Source: an uncultured Sulfuricella sp.
GTDB taxonomy: Bacteria; Pseudomonadota; Gammaproteobacteria; Burkholderiales; Sulfuricellaceae
Direction of reading: 5' to 3'
NCBI GenBank assembly: GCA_964451375.1
Contig: CAYVIN010000031.1
Location: 1-43,597 of the forward strand
DNA: 43,597 bases
The notes under the pieces are model-generated. The model was not told where the DNA came from and did no database searches. It saw nothing but the letters and a program-made list of their open reading frames with translations. The translations under genes were made by a program, and so were the position numbers. Shown piece by piece: positions 1 through 8,985 of the stretch (the first letter of the stretch is position 1; every line of letters begins with the position of its first letter).

Positions 1-79
1 CAGCTAAAGCTGACCGGCTAAAGCCGGTGGTTTAAACCTTATGATGGATAATTAATCGTTGATCGTTGCAATCCCGGTA

Positions 80-373
80 TCACGCAGTATGCAGTTCGCG
101 CCGGATAGCCTCGCGCACCACATCGGACAAGGTCAAGCCCTGCACATATTGCTTGAGCGCCTCGTTCATCAGGGTTTGGTAATTTCCCCCGCTCATTTCG
201 GCGCGCGCCTTGAAAGCCGCCAACACCGCGCTATCCACGCGCATGGTGATACGGGTCTTGCCGCCTGATTCCGCCTGGAGCCGGGCCAATGCGGGGATTT
301 CACCCGCCGGCCTGGCGGCGGAAAAATCTGCGTCCTTGAATTTATCGTAGATCGGGTCAGAACTGTTGCTCAT
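80..373 (-). CDS. brnA: BrnA-type antitoxin (CopG/RHH-like, DUF4415)
   Basis: 97-aa ORF directly downstream of a DUF497/BrnT-like toxin ORF and overlapping it by 17 nt, the typical TA arrangement. Size and charge pattern fit BrnA. Confidence 0.6.
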   Translation of the reverse strand: MSNSSDPIYDKFKDADFSAARPAGEIPALARLQAESGGKTRITMRVDSAVLAAFKARAEMSGGNYQTLMNEALKQYVQGLTLSDVVREAIRRELHTA

Positions 374-632
374 AGCGCCTCCATTGCGGCTGGTTGGCCT
401 TCCAGGCGGAAATCAGGCGAATCCGTTCCCCGCGTAGCGTCCAGACCACCACCAGAACCCGGCCTTTCGCTCCCATGCTGAGGGAAACAAAGCGTCGCTC
501 GTCTTCTGCGTCCTCATCCTCGATAGTCAGGACATAAGGATCAAGCAATACCGGCTTCGCTTCGTCGAACGTCACGCCCTCGTGAACCAGCGGATTGCGG
601 GCGGCCTTGTCGGGATCGAATTCGATTTCCAT
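357..632 (-). CDS. brnT: BrnT-type ribonuclease toxin (DUF497)
   Basis: 91-aa ORF starting MEIEFDPDKAARNPLVHEGVTFDEA, which is the conserved BrnT/DUF497 N-terminal signature. Paired with the downstream antitoxin ORF. Confidence 0.7.
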   Translation of the reverse strand: MEIEFDPDKAARNPLVHEGVTFDEAKPVLLDPYVLTIEDEDAEDERRFVSLSMGAKGRVLVVVWTLRGERIRLISAWKANQPQWRRYEQQF

Positions 633-674
633 AAATTATTATATGCACAAACGTATGCGCCGGAAAAGAAAAAA

Positions 675-701
675 GGGGCGGAATTGCTTCCGCCCCTTTT
701 T
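675..701. terminator. Bidirectional rho-independent terminator hairpin (GGGGCGGAA-ttgc-TTCCGCCCC) flanked by A-run and T-run
   Basis: Perfect 9-bp stem read directly from the sequence, with 'aaaaaa' upstream and 'ttttt' downstream. A diverged second copy lies at 964-990. Confidence 0.6.
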
Positions 702-963
702 CAAAATCAACGCGAACGATGCGCTTCCTGCCGTCAGCGCATCCTACGGCCCTTGGCTTCGGAATTCATTTTTGCACAATAAATTGCTCCGACCCCATAT
801 TCCCACTTGCGAGAAGCGGGGTTTTGAGGTTGCTGCGCCCTACGCTTGCTGGGAAGGGTGTCAAACGTAAGGCCTGACCCCGTGGTTTGTTATCGGGATC
901 GAATTCGATTTCCATGAATCATCATATGCACAAACGCATGCACAAGAAAAGGCAAAAAAATAG

Positions 964-990
964 GGGTGGAATTGCTTCCGCCCCCTTTCA
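964..990 (-). terminator. Second copy of the terminator hairpin (GGGGTGGAA-ttgc-TTCCGCCCC), T-run on the minus strand
   Basis: Belongs to the duplicated approx. 200-bp unit. 'aaaaaaata' precedes it on the plus strand, so it gives a T-tract for minus-strand transcripts. Confidence 0.45.
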
Positions 991-1281
991 TAAACCTCCC
1001 TCTTCCGTACCATTCGGCGATGTGCGCGGACGATGCGCTTCCTTTCGTCAGCGCATTTACGGCCTTGTGGGACGAAGATTGAACGGTTCGACCTGCGTAC
1101 TTCCGGGGGGCGCGGCCTTCCCGTGACTGGCGGCAAAACCCGGTGTTTCTTTGCTTCAGAACGACGACAAAAACCGCGCTTAAGCCGCCGGACTTTTCTT
1201 TCACACCTGCCAGCATTCCGCACCCTCCCAAAAAAATCGGTCACCTTGTGAGTGGCCGGTAAGTGAGATTGGCTTCGGAAG

Positions 1282-1665
1282 TCATTTTTGCACAATAAAT
1301 TGCTCCGACCCCATATTCCAGAGAATTTCATGGCGGCTCGATAATATCCGGCAAGCCTCGCGCCACAGCCCCGCGTAAGCCCCAGCGGAGATCACCAACG
1401 GCAACGACTGGTTATAAGCACTGCTGTGCGGCGCAAGCAGCCACAAAAACCACAAGGCGCGCTGCCCATGCGACAACGGGACACAACGGAACAAGGTCGG
1501 ATCACGCGCCAGTAGATCGAGAATCTCCGTCTTGTGAGCGCGCAAAAAGGCCATCTGCACCTCCCCCGCTGCGGCGCGCGGCGCGCGAAAACGCAGCTTG
1601 TCGCCCTCGCACCAGAATTGCCAACCGGCGAAGATCAGGGAGAGGATTTCCTTTGAAAAAGTCAT
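1282..1665 (-). pseudogene. Truncated NRPS gene fragment: TubC-like N-terminal docking domain plus the start of a condensation domain (PLSHGQRALWF..AYNQ..RHEIL), ending inside the 50-bp repeat
   Basis: The residues EILSLIFAGWQFWCEGDKLRFRAPRAAAGEVQMAFLRAHKTEILDLL match the TubC_N docking consensus. The C-domain C1 motif follows. The frame then runs into repeat-derived sequence (NMGSEQFIVQK) and stops after 127 aa. Confidence 0.6.
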
Positions 1666-1912
1666 GCCGGTCGGCGCGGGTTATGCCGGATATCCGGACG
1701 ACGCCTGATTTCCCGGTGCATCGCATCGGGCGCAAGGTCGTGGTCATTCGGGCAAACCACTGCGCCATCATCCAACCACCCCGCAGATTCGGGACGCACA
1801 TTTTTCACCTGATTCATTCTCTTTCTTCCACTCTGAAACAACACCTAACCAAAACCGTTCTCACCCCGCCCTCTCACGGAGGACTACAACAACCTGCCAA
1901 GCGAATTTCGCG

Positions 1913-2524
1913 CTAAAAGTAGTTCGCCGAGAGCACCCCTTTAACCGATTCGGCACGATCATCGGAAAATCCGAAATACACCCGGACATCATGAGGGAAC
2001 GTAAACGCCGTATCAAAAAATCTCTCTATTACGCCTTCTTTCGTGCTGATTCGTCGCGGAGTTTTTCCGATGCAGATAAACATTTCCTTCTTATGTTTAC
2101 CTTCAACGCGTGTTTCCTTCGGCAGCGGAAGAATTTCCATCCCGTTTTTCTCGCAGAAATCCAATATTGCCGTCTTGTGTGTCCCGACCGGAACGTAGCG
2201 TCTAGCCAATCTGGAAATATCTGTTTCAACTGAGCTATTTATGAATTTTAAAGCCTCGATCAAGAAATTATGCGGCAGTTCGTCTGAATACGCCGGACTC
2301 ACCTGCAAAATAGCAAAAATGAAAACAACTGCGCTCATAAACGCGGAAACAGCGGCAGTAGCAGGCTGGCGTTCACGAAATTTAGCGGGCGCGTGGGCAC
2401 AGTTTGTATGCCCACCGTTGAGCGACCGGGTGGGCGCGATGAAACCGCCCCCACCTTCCCTGCTGCTGCTTGCAGCGGAATAACCCGACACTTCCCAACA
2501 TTTCCCGGTTTGAGACTCAAACAT
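1913..2524 (-). CDS. Hypothetical protein with N-terminal hydrophobic segment, in a locally low-GC (foreign-looking) segment; true start uncertain (possibly Met at approx. 2335)
   Basis: ORF whose codon usage is visibly more AT-rich than its neighbours (for example aaaaaatctctctattacgcc). It has a TM or signal-like stretch AAVSAFMSAVVFIFAILQVSPAYS. I recognise no family. Confidence 0.35.
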   Translation of the reverse strand: MFESQTGKCWEVSGYSAASSSREGGGGFIAPTRSLNGGHTNCAHAPAKFRERQPATAAVSAFMSAVVFIFAILQVSPAYSDELPHNFLIEALKFINSSVETDISRLARRYVPVGTHKTAILDFCEKNGMEILPLPKETRVEGKHKKEMFICIGKTPRRISTKEGVIERFFDTAFTFPHDVRVYFGFSDDRAESVKGVLSANYF

Positions 2525-2828
2525 GCGGCTCGCCTATCGGTTGTACCGCGAGGCGCATCCCCATCGCCTTGAGAATTGCAGAGAGCGTCTTCAGTTCGGG
2601 GTTTCCCCGTTCCGACAGGGTGCGATATAACGTATGAGCGTTTATTTCCGCCTGCCGGGCGACTTCCTGAACTCCGCCGTATGCCTTGCTGAGGCTGCGC
2701 AAGGCGAGCATCAAATCGACCTCATCGCCATCTTCCAGCACGGAATTCAAATATTCCGCAGCCAGCGCGGGATCGCTGCGAAACATTTTAATTGTCGCTT
2801 CTTCATGGGTTCGATGCGTTTCAGCCAT
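2517..2828 (-). CDS. Addiction-module antidote protein (HigA-like XRE HTH, 'probable addiction module antidote' family)
   Basis: 103 aa. It contains ..AEYLNSVLEDGDEVDLMLALRSLSKAYGG..INAHTLYRTLSERGNPELKTLSAILKAMGMRLAVQP, typical of the HI1420-type antidote family. Its start codon overlaps the stop of the upstream killer remnant (ATGGCTGA). Confidence 0.7.
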   Translation of the reverse strand: MAETHRTHEEATIKMFRSDPALAAEYLNSVLEDGDEVDLMLALRSLSKAYGGVQEVARQAEINAHTLYRTLSERGNPELKTLSAILKAMGMRLAVQPIGEPHV

Positions 2829-3015
2829 TTCGTTTCTCCCAGTCCTTCAGTAGCTCGATTGCACGGTCAATATCGCACACAAGACAACTGCTCAGAACCG
2901 CGCAATATGGCGCTATAGAAGCCCCTCTCTCGTGTGCTGTCGCGTAGGCGCGGGGAGAACACCGCCTGAGTTGTTGCCAACAAAGCTGATTTCACCATTA
3001 CGTTTTCCCTCCCCC
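2829..3015 (-). pseudogene. Remnant of the cognate RelE/ParE-like 'addiction module killer' gene: 5'-truncated and frame-disrupted
   Basis: The last reading frame before the antidote gives ..SCLVCDIDRAIELLKDWEKRNG*, which resembles killer-protein C-termini. Only about 185 bp exist between the antidote gene and the PKS stop at 3016. No intact ORF of about 100 aa is present. Confidence 0.45.
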
Positions 3016-6000
3016 TCACAATTCCCCCTCCAGATAATCCAGCCCTGCCGGGGCGCCGGGTTCCTGGGCGGTTGGTTCCAGCGAGGCGACGATGTGGGCG
3101 GCGAGTTTGTCGAGGTTACATTGGTCGATCAGATAGCCGACCGGAACGTTGACGGCGAAGCCGCGTTGCACGGCGACCGAGAGTTGCAGGGCGAGGAGCG
3201 AGTCCAAACCCATCCGCACCAGGGTTTGGGTGGTGTCGAGGCGTTCCGCGTCGTTGCGCAGGAGGATCACTGCAACAGCTTTGCGGAGGAATTTCAGGGT
3301 GACGGCAAGTTGTTCGGCTGGCGGTCTGGCGCGCAGTCCGGCGGCCATATCGACGATGGCCGGGGCGTTTGCGAGGGGGTGGGCGGCGAGGATCAGGCCG
3401 TCGAGAGCCAACACGGTTGTCCCTGTTGCGGCGGCGCGGATATGGATGGCGGCGCGATATCCGGCGCTGTCGGGCTGGAGGCTGGCTTCAAGAATCAGGG
3501 TGTCCGGGGGGAGCGGTCGCAATTCGGCGGCGCGCAGGCTGCGTACGCTGAACCGCGCCGGTTGGCCGCTTTGTAGGTGGATGACGGTGAATAACTGAAA
3601 GCCGGTTTCGAGCAATACGGCAAAGTCGGTCGGCGAGACGAAGTTGCGTTGGTTGATGTCGATAATCGCCGTGGCGCTTTGCGGGCCGATGCGTAATTGG
3701 TCGAGGAAGCGGTGGCGTTCGGTGTATTCAAAACCGGGGTTGCGCAGGGTGTCGTAAAAGCGCGCACCGTCGAGCAGTGGAACAGCCGCGTCGCCAGGCG
3801 TTCCATCCCCCTTTCCAGAGAGGGAACTAGCGCCCTCTTCACTCGCCGTGAAACCAGCCAAACGCATCCACGGACTTTCCGGGTCGCCGCTCTGGATATG
3901 CAGCAACCCTGCGCCGTCAGGGGCGAGAGTGGCGTGAAACAAGGTTCCGGCAGCGATATCCGCAACCAGCGGAGCGACCTCCAGGGCGTTGATCCGGGAC
4001 AAGCCGCTACGCGCCGCCGCAGCGAGGGCCAGCGTCACCGGGGCGCTGGCGAGCAGGATGTCCTGACCGTTCACTTTTAAGCCGCCCAACGGATGGGTGT
4101 TGGGCAATCCATAGCGGTTGGCGTAGTGGCGGCGCGGGTCGCCAGGCACAGGCTGAGGGGTCAGCAGGCCGCCGATGCCCGAACCCGTGGCGTTTTCGTC
4201 GCCGCCGTGGTTAGCGGGGGGCGGGTCGAGCCACAGGGCTTCGCGCTGGAAGCGATAGCCGGGGAACGCCACCCGGGTGGCGGGGCGCGCCGCGTGAAAC
4301 GCCGTCCAGTCAAAATCACAACCGGCTTCGTAAAGCGCCGCGACAGCCTGCATCAAGGCGGCGTTTTCCCCGCCGGGGCCGGATAACGAGGCGACCCAGC
4401 GCGCCGCACCGGCCTTCGGGTTAAGTCCCCCCATGCCGGTGAGGATGGATTTGGGGCCGATTTCCAGGCACACGGTATGGGGTTCGTCGAGGAGTTTTTC
4501 CAGCGCCGGGCCAAACCGCACTGCGCCGCGCAACTGGGCGCACCAGTAATCCGCCCCGGCCATGCGGGCGTCGCCCCATACGCCATCGAGAGTGGCGAGC
4601 AACGGCAGGCGCGGCGGCTGGTAGGCGACCTGCAACGCGGCGGCGCGAAAAGGGGCCAGCGCGGGTTCGAGCAGATGGGAATGGAAGGCGTGGGAAACCT
4701 CCAGCGGCACACAGAGGATGCCTTGTTCCTTGAGTTGTTGAGCGGCGCTCTGGAGATCGCCGAGTTGGCCCGACACCACGCTGCTGTGCGGGGCGTTGAC
4801 GGCGGCCAGGGAAAGGCGCGGCCAGAGGTCGCCGAGCAAACCGGGCAACGCCGCTTCACCGGCATTTACCGCCAGCATCCCGCCGCCGGCGGGGAGCGCC
4901 TGGATCAGTTCGCCGCGCCGCGCCACCAGACGTAGCGCGTCTTCCAGCGAAAACACCCCGGCCAGAGTGGCGGCGACGTATTCCCCGACGCTGTGGCCGA
5001 GCACTACCGCCGGTTCGATGCCCCAACTGCGCCACAATTGCGCCAGCGCGTATTCAAAGGCGAACAAACACGGCTGTGTCCAGCGGGTTTGGCTGATTTG
5101 GCCCGGCTCGTCGCTAAACATCACCTCCAGCAATTTTCCGCCGGCGTGTTTTTCGAAAATTGCCGCGCAACGCTCCAGTTCGGCGCGAAACTGCGGCTCG
5201 CTATGGTACAACTCGCGCCCCATGCCGGGATATTGCGAACCCTGCCCGGTGAACAGGAAAGCGATACGCGGCGAATAAAGAGACGGCGCAGCGCGGTGTT
5301 TTTTGCTTAAGTGGGCGCGGGCTTCGGCGATGCTCGCGGCGGCCACTGCGCGGCGCTCGCGGAAATGACTGCGGCCCCGGTTGGCGGCGCGGCACAAAGC
5401 GGGGAAATCCGCCTCTGCAACCCCGCTCAGATGGGCGGCGAGCGCGCCGCTCAGGTCTTCCAGCGCCTGCGGGGTTTTGGCGCTCAGCGTGAGCACCTGG
5501 CAGGGGCGTTCGGCTGCGTCACCGACGGGGGGCGGCGGGGCCTCGCTGATGAGCAGGTGGGCGTTGGTGCCGCCGATGCCGAAGGCGCTCACCCCGGCGG
5601 CGCGGGGAATGGTTTCGTCCCAGGGACGCGGCGCAGTGACGATGGACAGCGGCAGACGCGCCCAGTCCACGCGCGGATTGGGATGGCGAACATGGAGGCT
5701 GGGAGCCAGGGCGCGCTGACGCAGTTGCAGGCAGGCCTTGAGTAATCCGGTAATACCGGCGGCGGCTTCGAGGTGGCCCAGGTTGGATTTAAAGCTGCTG
5801 ATCAGCAGCGGCGCGCCACGTTTCACGCCATACACGGCGGCCAGCGCCTGGACTTCGATGGGGTCGCCGAGCGCCGTGCCGGTGCCGTGGGCTTCCACCA
5901 CGCCGATTTCAGCGGGACTCATATGCGCATCGGCGAGGGCCTGGCGGATCACCTCCTGCTGGGCCAGGCCGTTGGGTACGGTGAGACCGCTGGTGCATCC

Positions 6001-8436
6001 GTCGTGATTGACCGCCGAGCCGCGTATCACGGCGAGGATGGTGTCCCCATCGGCCTGCGCGTCGCCCAGGCGTTTGAGGATCAGCGCCGCGCCGCCTTCG
6101 GCGCGCACGTAACCGTCGGCCCCGGCGTCGAAGGTGCGGCAGCGCCCAGACAAGGAGAGGGCCTGACCACGCGCCAGGAAGATGCTGATTTCGCCGTTGA
6201 GCAACAGATTCACCCCGGCGGCCACCGCCACATTCACCTCACCCCGGCGCAGGCTCTGGCAGGCAAGATGCACCGCCACCAGCGACGACGAACAGGCAGT
6301 GTCCACCGCCAGACACGGCCCTTTCGCCCCGAGCGTGAAGGCGATGCGTCCGGCGGCGGTGCTGGCGGCGTTGCCGGTGGCGAAATAGCCGCCCAGATCG
6401 AGGCGCTGGCGCGGCGACAGGCGCTGCGCGTAATCGTTGCTGCTGATTCCGACGAATACCCCGGTGGGGCTGTCGAGCAGGCTGGAGGGGGCGATGCAGG
6501 CGTTTTCCAGGGCTTCCCAGGTCAATTCCAGCAACAGGCGTTGCTGCGGATCGAGGGCCAGGGCTTCGCGCGGCGAGATGCCGAAAAACTCGGCGTCGAA
6601 ACCTTTCACGTCGTCGAGAAACCCGCCGAAAGACGCGCGCCGCCGCGTTTCGGGACGGTCGTTGGGGGCCAGCGCGGTCACGTCCCAGCGCGACGCCGGG
6701 ACTTCGCTGACCTTGTCGCAACCTTCTGCGAGCGCCGCCCAGAAGCCCGCCGGCGTATCGATGCCGCCCGGCAACCGGCACCCCGCGCCGACGATGGCGA
6801 TAGGTTCTTCGCTCGCCCCGCGCGGCAACATCGGACACGGTGCGACGGACGGGTGATGCAGGCCGCCGATGGCCCGCGCCAGCCGCGCTGGGGTGGGATA
6901 GTCGAAAGGCAGGGTTTGCGGCAACGCCAGGTCGAGGCGTTTGGCGAGGTTATCCAGCAGCGCCACGCAACCCAGCGAAGTCATGCCGAGGTCGAAAAAA
7001 CCGCCTTCGGCGTCGAGAACATCGTTTTCCCCGAGGTTCAGCAAGGAGCGCATTTCGGCGAGGATCAGGGCAAGGATTTCCGCAGCGGCGGGTAACGAGG
7101 GGGATTCCTGCGCGGTTGCGACGCTCAACGCCGGCGCAATCCCCTCCCCTCCTATTGGCGCGCCGGAGAACCCGGCAACGGGTGCGCCTTCATGGAACAC
7201 CCCCAGATCGAGATCGTGGCCGCGCGCCACCAGTTGCGCCACCGCCAGTTGCACCTGGCGTAACACCGGGCGACCTTCGCGGTTGGTCGCGATAGCCACG
7301 GCGTCACTGCCGCGCAACGTGTCGCGCACGAATCCGCTGAGGAAATCGGCAGTCCCCAATTCGACGAAAGTGCGAATCCCGGATTCGGCAAGTTTTTCCA
7401 CGGTTTCACGAAACCGCACCGGGTGATGCCACTGGCGCACCAGCACTTCCCGTATCGCCGCCGGGTCGGCGGGGAACGGTGCGGCGCTGGCGCAACTCCA
7501 CGCCGCCAGACGCGGCTCATGAATCGCCACTGCCGCGTAAACCGCCGCCAGCGTCGCCGGACTCAGCGGAAAGGCGGGGGTGTGGGCGGGCAAGGTCAGA
7601 CCCGGTAATTCAAAGGCTTTTTCGCCGCGTTGGTTTATCGTCTGGCGCAATTCCTCCAGCGCCCCGGCGTCGCCCCATACCACGGTCTGTTGCGGGCAGT
7701 TGTCGAGAGCGACGAATACTTTCGGTTGGGGCTGGACAAGCAATGGATCGAGCACCGCGCGGGATGCCGCCGATACGGCCAGCATCCCGTGTTTGCCGCT
7801 TGCCGCCGCAGCCGGCGCGCCCTGGGCGAGCCGCGCGGCGATGGCGAGCACCGCGCCGGGGTCTTCCACCATTGCGGCGGCATGGAGCACCGCGTTTTCC
7901 CCGTAGCTGTGCCCCAGTAACGCAGCGGGACGTAAACCCAGCGCAGAAAACAACGCCCACATCGCGAGATCATTGAGCAGCAGGCCGTTCAGCGTAGCGC
8001 CCAACGCGTCGCCGGGCGGCGCGGGAAGCTGCGGATACCCGGCAAACCAGCGTTCCACGCAGGGAAACAGGGCGCGCAGATCAGCCGCCAGGGCGCCGGG
8101 TTTGGCCCCGAAACCGGGGAACAAAACTGCCGTCGGCGCTGCGCTCGACCAGCCATACCAGGCGCTGTTCGCCTGGGTAAAAGAGGGGGCGCTGTCGCTC
8201 TCCAGACGTTTCAGCGCGAAATCCAGCGCGCGCCGCAATTCGGCGGCATTTCCCGCCACCAGAGCGTAGCGGTGTTCCCGCAACGGCAAACCGGCCAGTT
8301 GATGCGCCAAGCCGCCAAGATCAGTCGTATCGGGATCAACCGCCAACAATATCGCCCGTAGCGCGGCGCGCGACTCGGCTGACCAGACCAGCAAATAACT
8401 ATCCCAAACGGGAAGACAAATATCGGGGGAATTCAT
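3016..8436 (-). CDS. Type I polyketide synthase, domain order AT(loading-like)-ACP-KS-AT-DH-like-ACP
   Basis: 1806 aa. GHSYGE (AT 1). LGMTSL (carrier). KS motifs DTACSSSLVAVHLAC, EAHGTGTALGDP and NLGHLEAAAG. AT 2 has FLFTGQGSQ, GHSVGE and AFHS. A hot-dog DH-like region has HPLGG. The C-terminal ACP is MGLDSLLALQL. Confidence 0.85.
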   Translation of the reverse strand: MNSPDICLPVWDSYLLVWSAESRAALRAILLAVDPDTTDLGGLAHQLAGLPLREHRYALVAGNAAELRRALDFALKRLESDSAPSFTQANSAWYGWSSAAPTAVLFPGFGAKPGALAADLRALFPCVERWFAGYPQLPAPPGDALGATLNGLLLNDLAMWALFSALGLRPAALLGHSYGENAVLHAAAMVEDPGAVLAIAARLAQGAPAAAASGKHGMLAVSAASRAVLDPLLVQPQPKVFVALDNCPQQTVVWGDAGALEELRQTINQRGEKAFELPGLTLPAHTPAFPLSPATLAAVYAAVAIHEPRLAAWSCASAAPFPADPAAIREVLVRQWHHPVRFRETVEKLAESGIRTFVELGTADFLSGFVRDTLRGSDAVAIATNREGRPVLRQVQLAVAQLVARGHDLDLGVFHEGAPVAGFSGAPIGGEGIAPALSVATAQESPSLPAAAEILALILAEMRSLLNLGENDVLDAEGGFFDLGMTSLGCVALLDNLAKRLDLALPQTLPFDYPTPARLARAIGGLHHPSVAPCPMLPRGASEEPIAIVGAGCRLPGGIDTPAGFWAALAEGCDKVSEVPASRWDVTALAPNDRPETRRRASFGGFLDDVKGFDAEFFGISPREALALDPQQRLLLELTWEALENACIAPSSLLDSPTGVFVGISSNDYAQRLSPRQRLDLGGYFATGNAASTAAGRIAFTLGAKGPCLAVDTACSSSLVAVHLACQSLRRGEVNVAVAAGVNLLLNGEISIFLARGQALSLSGRCRTFDAGADGYVRAEGGAALILKRLGDAQADGDTILAVIRGSAVNHDGCTSGLTVPNGLAQQEVIRQALADAHMSPAEIGVVEAHGTGTALGDPIEVQALAAVYGVKRGAPLLISSFKSNLGHLEAAAGITGLLKACLQLRQRALAPSLHVRHPNPRVDWARLPLSIVTAPRPWDETIPRAAGVSAFGIGGTNAHLLISEAPPPPVGDAAERPCQVLTLSAKTPQALEDLSGALAAHLSGVAEADFPALCRAANRGRSHFRERRAVAAASIAEARAHLSKKHRAAPSLYSPRIAFLFTGQGSQYPGMGRELYHSEPQFRAELERCAAIFEKHAGGKLLEVMFSDEPGQISQTRWTQPCLFAFEYALAQLWRSWGIEPAVVLGHSVGEYVAATLAGVFSLEDALRLVARRGELIQALPAGGGMLAVNAGEAALPGLLGDLWPRLSLAAVNAPHSSVVSGQLGDLQSAAQQLKEQGILCVPLEVSHAFHSHLLEPALAPFRAAALQVAYQPPRLPLLATLDGVWGDARMAGADYWCAQLRGAVRFGPALEKLLDEPHTVCLEIGPKSILTGMGGLNPKAGAARWVASLSGPGGENAALMQAVAALYEAGCDFDWTAFHAARPATRVAFPGYRFQREALWLDPPPANHGGDENATGSGIGGLLTPQPVPGDPRRHYANRYGLPNTHPLGGLKVNGQDILLASAPVTLALAAAARSGLSRINALEVAPLVADIAAGTLFHATLAPDGAGLLHIQSGDPESPWMRLAGFTASEEGASSLSGKGDGTPGDAAVPLLDGARFYDTLRNPGFEYTERHRFLDQLRIGPQSATAIIDINQRNFVSPTDFAVLLETGFQLFTVIHLQSGQPARFSVRSLRAAELRPLPPDTLILEASLQPDSAGYRAAIHIRAAATGTTVLALDGLILAAHPLANAPAIVDMAAGLRARPPAEQLAVTLKFLRKAVAVILLRNDAERLDTTQTLVRMGLDSLLALQLSVAVQRGFAVNVPVGYLIDQCNLDKLAAHIVASLEPTAQEPGAPAGLDYLEGEL

Positions 8437-8479
8437 GTGGGGATAGGACGCCGCTTGTTGTTTTTGTTAATGAATAGAT

Positions 8480-8571
8480 GTAACTACTCAGGGTGGCTGT
8501 GTTTTGCTCCTTCCCCCTTGCAGGGGGAAGGGACTGGTGCGGTGGTATGCCACCACCTCCTGAGTAGTTAC
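8480..8571. repeat. MITE-like element, 92 bp, perfect 13-bp terminal inverted repeats GTAACTACTCAGG/CCTGAGTAGTTAC, internal hairpin CTTCCCCCTTGCAGGGGGAAG
   Basis: TIRs and central palindrome read directly from the sequence. Related copies are at 8618-8985 and 23198-23384. Confidence 0.65.
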
Positions 8572-8617
8572 GAATAGGTTTGAAATAACTTCCCGATTTG
8601 GAAAACGAAAAAAATGG

Positions 8618-8985
8618 GTAACAACTCAGGAGGTGGTGGCATAGCACTAGTCTCTTCCCCCCTTGCAGGCGAATCTATGCGCACATCATTTAATTCCAAA
8701 TTTTGATATGGCACGGGAAGCAATTTCAACTGACTTTCTTTGCATTTGGCGACGCTTCCTCAAGCGCCAGCCGCCCTCTCCCATGTCCATGGAGAGGGGA
8801 GTGTCCATGCGCTCATCGGGTGGGGCGATCCGCGCTTTTCTCCCCTCTCCCACGCGAGTGGGAGAGGGGCGGGGGAGAGGGTGGTTCGGCTTCGGACAAG
8901 CAACATCGAAGATGCCGCCGCCCTCTCCCCAACCTCTCTCCCGCCTGCGGGAGAGGGGCTTTTACGCGCTGCCCTGAGTCGTTAC
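8618..8985. repeat. Larger related MITE-like or composite element with imperfect TIRs GTAACAACTCAGG/CCTGAGTCGTTAC, containing nested GC-rich hairpins (CCCCTCTCCCAC..GTGGGAGAGGGG; CTCTCCCGCCTGCGGGAGAGG)
   Basis: The first about 50 bp are homologous to the reverse complement of the element at 8480-8571. An internal 50-bp block recurs at 13732-13790. Confidence 0.55.

Larger units (their letters stand above)
610..1325. repeat. Tandem partial duplication: unit = brnT start codon plus first 7 codons, promoter-proximal region, terminator hairpin and a 50-bp end motif (GGCTTCGGAA[T/G]TCATTTTTGCACAATAAATTGCTCCGACCCCATATTCC)
   Basis: 610-812 and 893-1325 align segment by segment. Shared blocks are gggatcgaattcgatttccat, the hairpin, cgatgcgcttcct..gtcagcgcat, and the 50-mer at 758-807 and 1272-1321. 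Copy 2 carries an extra insert of about 230 bp. Confidence 0.7.

Noticed and set aside
595-1251. Plus-strand ORFs 595-870, 887-1126 and 1033-1251, with similar N-termini (M..SGSNSIS..HKRM..)
   Set aside because: Their similarity is just the translated tandem DNA repeat (antisense of the brnT start plus the terminator region). Lys/Arg-rich junk with no independent coding evidence.
5773-7095. 440-aa plus-strand ORF (and many other 100-300-aa plus-strand ORFs between 3.1 and 8.3 kb)
   Set aside because: Entirely antisense to the KS/AT domains of the minus-strand PKS. Arg/Gly/Ala-rich low-complexity translation typical of GC-rich antisense frames. No RBS or domain signal.
3016-8436. Considered calling this gene a PfaC-like (KS-CLF-DH-DH) PUFA subunit
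   Set aside because: Both KS-like regions retain active-site Cys context (no CLF). There are two AT domains, and the dehydratase region is PKS-type rather than tandem FabA-like. It fits a modular type I PKS better.
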